Source of the DNA: a virus
Strand: one strand, 5' to 3'
Virus record (IMG/VR): IMGVR_UViG_3300025141_000040
Coordinates: 1 to 64,000 of that record
Length of the DNA stretch: 64,000 nucleotides
The position numbers were made by a program, and so were the translations under genes. The stretch's first letter is position 1. Every line of letters begins with the position of its first letter. This document shows, one piece after another, positions 52,901 through 60,772 of the stretch. The notes beneath the pieces were generated by a model. That model worked only from the letters and a program-made list of their open reading frames with translations, had not been told where the DNA came from and ran no database searches.

Positions 52901-53761
52901 ATGAGCTACGACAACTATCAGCATGACGACGGCGGGGCCTACGAAGGCGACTTCGGTCGGAAGGGTGGCGACCCGGAGCAGGCCAAGTCAACCTTCACGA
53001 CTGTCTTGCGTGAGGGTTCCGCCGCCGTGAACAACCCGAACAAGTCGCAGGACAAGGGCCAGGACGCCCTCTGGTCCTGGGCGACCAAGAAGACCGGGAT
53101 CAACCTGACCAACCTGCCGAAGCTGCGGATCTCCACGAAGCCGGGGAAGTGGGCGGACAGCAAGAAGTGGAAGACGAAGGCACTCCGTCGCATCGCCCGC
53201 AAGGCGAAGTCCGAAGCGCCCAAGGTAGTGTTCGCCCCCGCGAAGTACCACCCCGCCGTCAAGTCGATGCTCTCCAACATCAAGGCCGCGAAGCGTGCGC
53301 TCGACGCCGCGAAGCCCCTGGCCGAAGCACAGGGCGGCGCGGCGGCAGCGACCTACCAGAAGCTCTCGCTGCGCTGGTACGAAGCCGCGTCCGGCCTCCT
53401 GCGGAACGCCGTGGTGAAAAAGACGGGGCAGGGGGTCAACATGGGCCTGCGGCTCAATATCTACACCAACATTCACCGGGGCGTGTCGTTCACGGCCTGG
53501 AACGCCGCCTTCGCCAAGATGGGCGGTGCGAGGTACGCCAGGGCGCTCAACAAGGACGCCCGCGCGTTCCTGGCAACGCTGAAGACCAAGAAGGCCAAGG
53601 TCCAGCGTGGTGCTCGGTCGGTCCAGCGTAGTGCCGAGTCGGCGCAGCGTGCGGTGGTGACCTCGGTGGACACCGTGCAGTCCTCTCCCGGCATGGGCCT
53701 CCTCCTCGGAGCGGGCGTCGTCCTCCTCGGAGCCGTCGCTATCAAACGACTGCGTGCTTGA
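52901..53761 (+). CDS. Lys-rich protein with C-terminal TM anchor
   Basis: GAGGA 7 nt upstream. C-terminal helix GMGLLLGAGVVLLGAVAI. Confidence 0.75.
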   Translation: MSYDNYQHDDGGAYEGDFGRKGGDPEQAKSTFTTVLREGSAAVNNPNKSQDKGQDALWSWATKKTGINLTNLPKLRISTKPGKWADSKKWKTKALRRIARKAKSEAPKVVFAPAKYHPAVKSMLSNIKAAKRALDAAKPLAEAQGGAAAATYQKLSLRWYEAASGLLRNAVVKKTGQGVNMGLRLNIYTNIHRGVSFTAWNAAFAKMGGARYARALNKDARAFLATLKTKKAKVQRGARSVQRSAESAQRAVVTSVDTVQSSPGMGLLLGAGVVLLGAVAIKRLRA

Positions 53762-53782
53762 GCACGCTTAAAAGGCAAACCA

Positions 53783-53959
53783 ATGAAGAAGCCCGCGATC
53801 CTCCTGTCTCTCCTCGGCCTCGCCGTCGTCGGCGGCGTGCTCGTCGCTGACCGGAAGAACAAAGTCGTGACGACGCGCAGCGGAAAGCAGCTTCGACGGC
53901 CCAAGGGTATGTCCGACGCTGCGTGGCTCGCTGTTCGCCAGGGGGAGGGCCGCGCGTAG
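53783..53959 (+). CDS. 58-aa membrane-anchored micro-protein, paralogous to the N-terminus of gene 51195..52073
   Basis: Hand translation is MKKPAILLSLLGLAVVGGVLVADRKNKVVTTRSGKQLRRPKGMSDAAWLAVRQGEGRA. Matches RDGSTVRRPPGLSDAAWAAIAEGQG of the other gene. High GC3. Below the track length cut-off. Confidence 0.55.
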   Translation: MKKPAILLSLLGLAVVGGVLVADRKNKVVTTRSGKQLRRPKGMSDAAWLAVRQGEGRA

Positions 53960-53962
53960 CCC

Positions 53963-54727
53963 ATGACCGCCCGCCGCCCCAACCCCACTCGACTCTCCGG
54001 CACGCCCGCGCGTGGCCGTGGCGTCCGCATGGTCAACGGTGAGCCCGTGACCGTGGCCGTGGGGCAGCGTGGGGGTGGGGGTGGGACGTTCCTGTCCGTC
54101 GTCAACAAGCTGTTCCGGCACGTCGGCGCGGAGATCAACGCGCCGAAGTCCCGGTCGGACTGGAACCGGAACACCTACGAGCGCGAGCGCAAGGCACTGA
54201 AGCGCAAACTCACGAAGATCGCCCGGAGCATGGCGAAGCTGAAGCTGCGGGTGAAGCGGGCCGAGGGTTCCGTGGCCGTCGCCAAGGCGGACGCCGAGCG
54301 CGTGAAGGAGGACTCGACCGCCGAGGTCCGCGTGCTCCGCACCGAGAAGCAGTCAATGGCCGCGCAGCTTCAGACGATGCAGTTGCAGTTGCAGTTGGCG
54401 ACCCAGGTGCGACCCGCCGCCGCAGCCCCGGCAGCGAAGCCGAAGCCGAAGGGTCCAGTGACGAAGGCGGCGCGGCCCGATGATCTCGGCGGCTACCAGC
54501 AGCCGATCCGAGCCGCGCTCTCCTCGCGCGTTGTGATCGAATCGCACCTGGGAGGCCGCGCCGTAGTTGTGCCCCTGGAAGGCACGGGCGTCTACCTGAT
54601 CACCGAGGCCGACGTGGAAACCCTGCGGACGGCTGGCCCCGAGAAAGTAGGCCGCGCGATGCAGATCGCCGCCAACTTGGCGCTCTCCGGTGACGAATCT
54701 CCGGCAGACTGGCGAGAGAATCTGTGA
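53963..54727 (+). CDS. Coiled-coil hypothetical protein (254 aa)
   Basis: Open frame directly after the micro-gene. Heptad-like region KALKRKLTKIARSMAKLKLRVKRAEG...QLQTMQLQLQLA. Confidence 0.7.
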   Translation: MTARRPNPTRLSGTPARGRGVRMVNGEPVTVAVGQRGGGGGTFLSVVNKLFRHVGAEINAPKSRSDWNRNTYERERKALKRKLTKIARSMAKLKLRVKRAEGSVAVAKADAERVKEDSTAEVRVLRTEKQSMAAQLQTMQLQLQLATQVRPAAAAPAAKPKPKGPVTKAARPDDLGGYQQPIRAALSSRVVIESHLGGRAVVVPLEGTGVYLITEADVETLRTAGPEKVGRAMQIAANLALSGDESPADWRENL

Positions 54728-55560
54728 CGACCCGACTTGCCAGCCGCCCGACACCCGCGCCGTGTCCCCGAGTTTCGGGGCCGATGCAGGGCTTCGTGCG
54801 TCCAGCGAGCAGAATCGTGGGCTTCGGAGAGGTTGACCTGATCGCGGGGACCGACCTGTTCCCGACACGGGAGCCGCCGTCCTACTGGCGATCCGTGTTG
54901 GAAGCCCGGTGCGACGATCCGATCTCCGGCTACCAGCACCTTCCCGCCGAGATCAAGCCCGTCACTGACAGCCTCGCCGCCCTGGTCGAGTCCGCCTCGT
55001 CCAACGCCGTGATCACGCGCTGGTACAAGGACGACGCGCCCGCGCGTGAGGCAACCATCGCGGACGCCCGCCGCACGCTGCACGCCCTGGCGGATCTCCG
55101 CGTACTGCTCGATTCGATGCGGGCGCGAGGGGCGGTGACGGACACGTTCGTTCGCCTGTCCGCCGTCTACGCGCGCCTCGCTGCGACGGTCTACGGCAAC
55201 GCCTTCCCGGTGGATGCGAGGACGCGGAACCCGGTCCTCCCGAACGGGATGGAATCCGCGATTGTCAACGTGGACGGACTCACCGGGTTCCTTGTGGGTA
55301 CCTACGAAGGGACGACGGCTGACGGCGTTTCCCTCGGTGCGGCGCTCTCCGAGTACATGGAAGATGACTTCGGCACCACACCGCTCGTCGTTGTTATCAT
55401 CGGCATCGCCGCACTTGGGCTCGCAGGACTCCAACTCGCGGCGGCTCAGTGGAAGCAGGCCGAGACAGCCGCGCGTGCGGCCGATACAGAAGCAAGAATC
55501 GTCGCGTTGTCCGTGGTGGACGACACCAACTACTACGACAAGGCGCAGATCCGCGTATAA
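54724..55560 (+). CDS. Hypothetical protein with C-terminal TM anchor
   Basis: GTGA overlap with the upstream stop. TM helix TPLVVVIIGIAALGLAGLQLAAA. Confidence 0.7.
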   Translation: MTTRLASRPTPAPCPRVSGPMQGFVRPASRIVGFGEVDLIAGTDLFPTREPPSYWRSVLEARCDDPISGYQHLPAEIKPVTDSLAALVESASSNAVITRWYKDDAPAREATIADARRTLHALADLRVLLDSMRARGAVTDTFVRLSAVYARLAATVYGNAFPVDARTRNPVLPNGMESAIVNVDGLTGFLVGTYEGTTADGVSLGAALSEYMEDDFGTTPLVVVIIGIAALGLAGLQLAAAQWKQAETAARAADTEARIVALSVVDDTNYYDKAQIRV

Positions 55561-55596
55561 TCTCGCCCGAAACGGGATCACTCCCAGGAGATCACA

Positions 55597-57375
55597 ATGG
55601 CCGCGAGCAAGACCGACTACCGCAAGACGGAGAACCGTACCATCCGTCTGACCGTTCTCGGGGCAACCGAGAATCTTCCGCTGGCGCTCTCCGGCTACGG
55701 GAAAGACTGCAACGGCGGCGACGGCTACTACGCCTACGTCGCTGCCCCGCAGCGGGCCAAGGGCCTGATGATCCACGAGGTTCCCGGTCCCGAAGGCAAG
55801 GTGTTCCACGCCTGGAAGTCGGGGTCGAAGGACAACCCGCCCAACCTGTCCGTGCTCGACAAGCTGAAGGTGGTCAGCGCGCAGGCGGCGCAGAACGCGA
55901 TCAACGGGTTGCAGAAGCTCGGCACGACCCGTCCGGTCGGCAGCGGCACGGCCGCGCAGTCGGTCCTCCGGGGTCGGTGGAAGGGGTACATCGAGTGCCA
56001 CCCGGCCGGTCCCCGCGTCGTCCTGACCCGCGACGTGGCGGCGTACACGTCCCTCGCGCTGGTGTCGGTCCCCGGCAAGGGGTGGGACTACGCGATCCAC
56101 GTCAAGGATCTCGCCTCGACCCGCTGGTTCACGGGCGGGAGCAGCAAGGCCGTCCGCAACAAGGGCGGGATCAAGTCGAAGTCCCTCACGGGCAAGACGA
56201 AGGGCACGATGAAGTCCGCGTTCAACGCCGCGATCCGCGACCTGTTCGGGCTCGTCGCGCAGGCGTGCTCCATCCGTGACACGCACCGGCCCGCCGCGCT
56301 CTCCTCGGCGCAGCAGGCCAAGTCGAACAGGCAGTCCGCCGCCCGCGCCGCCAAGAAGGGCAAGTCGTCCGCGCGCACCGCTCCCCTGACGGGTGGTGAG
56401 GCCAAGGCGTACCGGGCCGCGCGAAGGAAGCTGGCGAAGATGACCCCCGCCGAGAAGCGCATCGCCGCCCAGGTGAAGCGCGACAAGGGACCGGCAGCGC
56501 GGCCCGTCCCCGCTAGCATCGCGGCGCTGAAGTCCACCTACCGCAAGATCACCGAGGGCGAGAACGAAGGCAGCGCCGGAACCGTCCTGTCCGTGAAGCG
56601 CGACGACGAGGGCTACCTGCTCACCTTCCGCATCAAGGGCAAGACGATCCGCGTGCCGAAGACCTCGACCCGCGCCGCGAAGAAGGCGACCGGACGCAGC
56701 GCCACCACCCACGTCCGGTCGGAGCCCGTCGCCCGCCAGAAGAAGCTCGCCAATCGGTTCGCCACGTTGAACGACAACGCGGGCGGGTTGAAGGGCAAGC
56801 CGATCTTCATCAAGTCGGTCGGCCCGAACAAGAAGGGCACCTACGACCCGCGCCACGGCGGCGCACTCCTGACCGTCCTGATTCCCACCAAGTCCTCAAT
56901 CAGCGAGCGGACGATCAACCAGTACAAGCGGACCTCGGAAGGCCCCGAGGGCGTCCTCTCCCTGTCGGGCGGCAAGGCCGCGTTCAAGGCCGCGTTCAAG
57001 GACATTGGCTACAACAAGAACGACGCGGGCAAGACGACGTGGACCGACAAGTCCATGATCCGCATGGCCGACGCGCTCAACGCCAACGGCGTGCTCGCCA
57101 ACGCGGGGATCACGCTCGGCGTGAACGACAAGAAGCGGGTGGCGAAGGCCAGGGCCGCGATCAAGGCCAAGGCCGATGCCAAGGCCGAGGGCAAGTCCGC
57201 CGCGCCCAAGAAGCGCAAGCGCAAGGTGAAGCCGCAGGTGTCCGGCCCCGCCACGTCCGCGCCCACCGACGCCGAGTTGGATCTCCTCATGGAAGACCCC
57301 GGTGCGGCGTTGGGGATGGACGATCTCCTGCTCGGTGGTGACGACGACGATCTGGAAGCGGTGTTCGGCCTGTAG
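55597..57375 (+). CDS. Lys-rich basic protein (592 aa), possible nucleic-acid-binding virion/internal protein
   Basis: AGGAGA 6 nt upstream. Lys clearly outnumbers Arg, unlike the rest of the window. Contains PKKRKRKV (57205-57228) and an acidic C-terminus DDLLLGGDDDDLEAVFGL. Confidence 0.8.
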   Translation: MAASKTDYRKTENRTIRLTVLGATENLPLALSGYGKDCNGGDGYYAYVAAPQRAKGLMIHEVPGPEGKVFHAWKSGSKDNPPNLSVLDKLKVVSAQAAQNAINGLQKLGTTRPVGSGTAAQSVLRGRWKGYIECHPAGPRVVLTRDVAAYTSLALVSVPGKGWDYAIHVKDLASTRWFTGGSSKAVRNKGGIKSKSLTGKTKGTMKSAFNAAIRDLFGLVAQACSIRDTHRPAALSSAQQAKSNRQSAARAAKKGKSSARTAPLTGGEAKAYRAARRKLAKMTPAEKRIAAQVKRDKGPAARPVPASIAALKSTYRKITEGENEGSAGTVLSVKRDDEGYLLTFRIKGKTIRVPKTSTRAAKKATGRSATTHVRSEPVARQKKLANRFATLNDNAGGLKGKPIFIKSVGPNKKGTYDPRHGGALLTVLIPTKSSISERTINQYKRTSEGPEGVLSLSGGKAAFKAAFKDIGYNKNDAGKTTWTDKSMIRMADALNANGVLANAGITLGVNDKKRVAKARAAIKAKADAKAEGKSAAPKKRKRKVKPQVSGPATSAPTDAELDLLMEDPGAALGMDDLLLGGDDDDLEAVFGL

Positions 57376-57475
57376 AGGGCCGGGGCTCTCTCTCCCTGGC
57401 ACGCGGAGTCTCCTGCCTGGAACCGGGGAGTCGGTGTAGGCTTGACGCGCCCGCGTGCGGGGTAGGAGTGTTCCA

Positions 57476-60400
57476 ATGGCAGACGGCCCACAGGGCGACT
57501 TCAGACGGTTGGTGAGCGCGGTCGGTTTCCTTCGGAAACTGCGGAAGTCGCCACTGTTTACCCTGCTCCCCGTGAAGTCCCAGGACGTGATCGGGAAGCT
57601 GGTTGCGGCCATGACCAACGAGGCGCTCACGGCGCTGCGTCCCGACCCGGCCGCTGTAGCCGTGCGGGTCGCCGCGTTGGAGCCTCGGGCTGCGGCGTTC
57701 AAGGCGGCAGTCGTCAAGGCCACGGATCGCCTGCGAGCGGCCGGGTGGAACCTCGCAGACCCCTCCGAGCAGGCCACGTTGCGACGGGCGACCCGTCCGG
57801 CCCTGATCACCATCTACACGGACAACCTCGGCCCGGAGCAGGTGTCGATCTCTCCGAGCGGCGAGCTTCGCCGCATCGGGACCGTCGCACCGCCCGCGCC
57901 CCCGGTCACCCCCGGCAAGATCGTCCCCGCTGCCAACGAAGGCACGGCGCTCGCGTTCCTTCGGGGTGTGTCGCACGCGCTGAAGCAGGAGGAGTTGAGC
58001 TACAGCGCCGATCAGGCCGACGAGATCATCGAACGCCTGGGCGACGACTACTACGACACGGAGGACGAGCTTCGGATCATCGTGCAGGAGGGGGTCACCG
58101 ACTCGGTGGCAGACTCGGCCGGTGACTTGGTGGCGGAAGCTGACGAGTGGACCGACGTTGCGGACCTCCCCGGCTCTGAGCGCCAGCACGCGCTTGACGA
58201 AGCGAGCAAGCTCGTTGCGGACGCCGCCCGGATTCGCCCCCTTGGGCGCGGCTTCTACGAGAACGCCTTGGTGGTGTACCGCGCCGTCAAGGCCCGAAAC
58301 CGGCTGTCCACCGCCCCCCTGACAATGACGGCCCTGGCGGCTGCGAACGAGGCCCTGGCCGACGCGCGTTGCACGGGCGAGGAGCGGGATCACGCTCGCG
58401 CCATGCTCGGTGCCGCCGAGAGCCGACTGCGCGCCGCGCTCCTGGCCGGTGACTTCTCGCCCACGGGCGGCGACGGCGACCACGCCCACTACGAGGACGA
58501 GGACGACTACGGCGACCCCCGGAACGTCGAGGAGGAGTTGCAGGACGCCGACCCGCACCTGCGGATCGCCGTGACCAACGCCATTTCCATCGCGGAATCC
58601 TGCGGAGCCGGACAGACCGGCCTGTTCACGGAGCGGGTCAGGGAGGAGATCACGCGCACGCGCGCAAGGTTCCCCGCCGACCTCCCCGAACGGATCAACG
58701 ACGCGGCCGGAGGGCTCACGACCCTGGCGGAATCCGTCAACCTCGGTGCGGTGGTCCGGCTGGAAGCGGCGGCGCACTACGCCAACGTCCAGGGCGGTCC
58801 CCGCGTGGCGCAGGGGCTCTTGAAGCTGGCGAACGCGCAGAGCTTCGTGCTGGACCCGGCGTACAAGGACACCGCCGCAGCTTCGGCGGCGCTGGTGAAA
58901 GCGGCCAAGGACGACGGGCTCGGTGCCCCCGAACAGCGCAAGCTCGCGCAGGACTTCGCCACGGCGCTCCCGGCGACCACGATCAAGGCGGCGACCGACT
59001 TGCGCCGCGTGGTCGAGCAGATCACGACCGACTGCGGCGCGGCCGTGGATCTGGAAGCCCCGAAGGTGCCGCTTCGCGCGGCCCTGCACGCCTACATCGC
59101 CCGTGACGACAAGACGGCCCGGTTGAACGTCCGCAAGGCCGTGGATCTCATGGTCGCGCAGCTTCTCACGGCGGTTCGCGTCAGCGGGCTCCCGGCCCCC
59201 TACTTCGCGCTGCCGACCGATCTCACCGACACCGACGTTGCGGACCTCCCCGCAGGCATCGTGGATCTGCCGCCGTCACCGGCTGCGATCCAGGCCGAGT
59301 CGGAGCGGATCGAGCGCGAGGACGTGCCGCCGCAGCCCACCCCGCAGCCCACGGACCCCGGAACCGAGCCCGCACCGCCCGAGCCCACGCCCACCGTGGC
59401 GGCGGTTGTGCCGACCCTCTCCGATCTGAAGACGTACATCGAAACGGCCGGAGGCAACGAGGCCGAGGCGAAGCGCATGGTCATGGCGGCGTTCTCCGGC
59501 TGGTGGAACAGCAGCGAGTTTCACGCGGCCGTGCAGTCGTACATTCGGGATCTCGTCAGCGCCCCGAGTGCCGTGTTCTCGATCTACCGGACGCAGGCCC
59601 CGGCGAGCGCCGACTTCAGCGACGGCGTGCTCACGGACCAGACCCACGACCTCTCCGGTGCCCCCGACACGAATCAGCCTCCGGGTACGGACCAGTGGCG
59701 GCGGGTCGCTATCCCCACGAACCGGGTGAACGATCAGGTGACGGCCTACACGCGCGCAGGTGGGCGCACGCTGTCTGCGGACCAGTACCTCATGCAGCAC
59801 GGCGGGGCGGCGGGTCGCCCGCCCGAGCCGCTGTCGAGCGAAGGACGCCCCCCGAGCGGCGAACCGGCCGAAGGGCTCTACTTCATCGAGGACGTGGACG
59901 ACGGCTACAGCGTGTCCATCGACTCGGAAGCCTACGGCGCACTCCTGTACGGCGGGGGGACGTTGCTCCTCTCGGCGGGGCGCGACGAGGACACCGTGAC
60001 CAACGACTTCGGCACGGTCTACCTCCGGCACGACATTGACGCCGACCGCTACCTCGTTTCGGACGACCGCGACTTCGCCGCCGTCCAGACGATTCCGCCC
60101 CAGGTGACCGGGTTCCTGGCCGAGTTGGAGCGGCAGCGCATCGCAGACTGCGCGACGAGCGTGTGCGTCAGCACGATCATCGGGGTCGAAGGTGAGGAGG
60201 GTGGCGTCACCCTTCGGATGATCGAGCAGGGCTTGATCGCCAATCTCGACACCTGGGCCGATGACCTGGGTGTGGCCCTTCAGACCGTGTTCACCAACGT
60301 CGGCGTCGGGATCACGGATACCGAGGCGACCGCCCGGTTCGTGGAGGACGGCTCGGCCGCAGGTGACGCGACCGTCACGGGCTCGGTCAACCACACGGAA

Positions 60401-60772
60401 GCAGGCACCGTCGCCTACCGCTTCACCTACGCGAGCGAGATCACGGGCCTGTCGATGGAGATCACCGGGGCGCTCCCCCTGGCCGACTTCATCCGGGGCG
60501 GGTCGGTGTCCGAAGCCGTGATGGACAAGGCCGAGGACGAAGGCTGGTTCGCCACGCCGGAGTTGTCCGTCGAGGAGGTCGAGGCGGTCGAGGCGGTCGA
60601 GGGCACGCTGGACGAGGACTGGTTCCAGGGGATGCTGGCCGATATGGTCAAGTCCACGAAAGACGAGCTTCGCAAGACGATCTCTGCGGGCACCCTCATG
60701 GGGACCGAAGACGGTGCGAAGAAAAAGAAGAAGCGCAAGACGGCCAAGCCCGTCCCCGAGGTTCACGCATGA
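57476..60772 (+). CDS. Large ORFan (1098 aa), helical Ala/Leu/Glu-rich N-half
   Basis: AGGAG 8 nt upstream of ATG 57476. Ends in KKKKKRKTAKP. The stop overlaps the next ATG. Confidence 0.85.
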   Translation: MADGPQGDFRRLVSAVGFLRKLRKSPLFTLLPVKSQDVIGKLVAAMTNEALTALRPDPAAVAVRVAALEPRAAAFKAAVVKATDRLRAAGWNLADPSEQATLRRATRPALITIYTDNLGPEQVSISPSGELRRIGTVAPPAPPVTPGKIVPAANEGTALAFLRGVSHALKQEELSYSADQADEIIERLGDDYYDTEDELRIIVQEGVTDSVADSAGDLVAEADEWTDVADLPGSERQHALDEASKLVADAARIRPLGRGFYENALVVYRAVKARNRLSTAPLTMTALAAANEALADARCTGEERDHARAMLGAAESRLRAALLAGDFSPTGGDGDHAHYEDEDDYGDPRNVEEELQDADPHLRIAVTNAISIAESCGAGQTGLFTERVREEITRTRARFPADLPERINDAAGGLTTLAESVNLGAVVRLEAAAHYANVQGGPRVAQGLLKLANAQSFVLDPAYKDTAAASAALVKAAKDDGLGAPEQRKLAQDFATALPATTIKAATDLRRVVEQITTDCGAAVDLEAPKVPLRAALHAYIARDDKTARLNVRKAVDLMVAQLLTAVRVSGLPAPYFALPTDLTDTDVADLPAGIVDLPPSPAAIQAESERIEREDVPPQPTPQPTDPGTEPAPPEPTPTVAAVVPTLSDLKTYIETAGGNEAEAKRMVMAAFSGWWNSSEFHAAVQSYIRDLVSAPSAVFSIYRTQAPASADFSDGVLTDQTHDLSGAPDTNQPPGTDQWRRVAIPTNRVNDQVTAYTRAGGRTLSADQYLMQHGGAAGRPPEPLSSEGRPPSGEPAEGLYFIEDVDDGYSVSIDSEAYGALLYGGGTLLLSAGRDEDTVTNDFGTVYLRHDIDADRYLVSDDRDFAAVQTIPPQVTGFLAELERQRIADCATSVCVSTIIGVEGEEGGVTLRMIEQGLIANLDTWADDLGVALQTVFTNVGVGITDTEATARFVEDGSAAGDATVTGSVNHTEAGTVAYRFTYASEITGLSMEITGALPLADFIRGGSVSEAVMDKAEDEGWFATPELSVEEVEAVEAVEGTLDEDWFQGMLADMVKSTKDELRKTISAGTLMGTEDGAKKKKKRKTAKPVPEVHA

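Noticed and set aside
57205-57228. PKKRKRKV, almost identical to the SV40 large-T nuclear localisation signal, along with other NLS-like tracts. This could suggest a eukaryote-infecting virus.
   Set aside because: Shine-Dalgarno sites, sigma70-type promoters, ATGA-coupled operons, a lipobox and an M15 peptidoglycan peptidase all point to a bacterial host. Poly-basic tracts are more simply explained as nucleic-acid binding.
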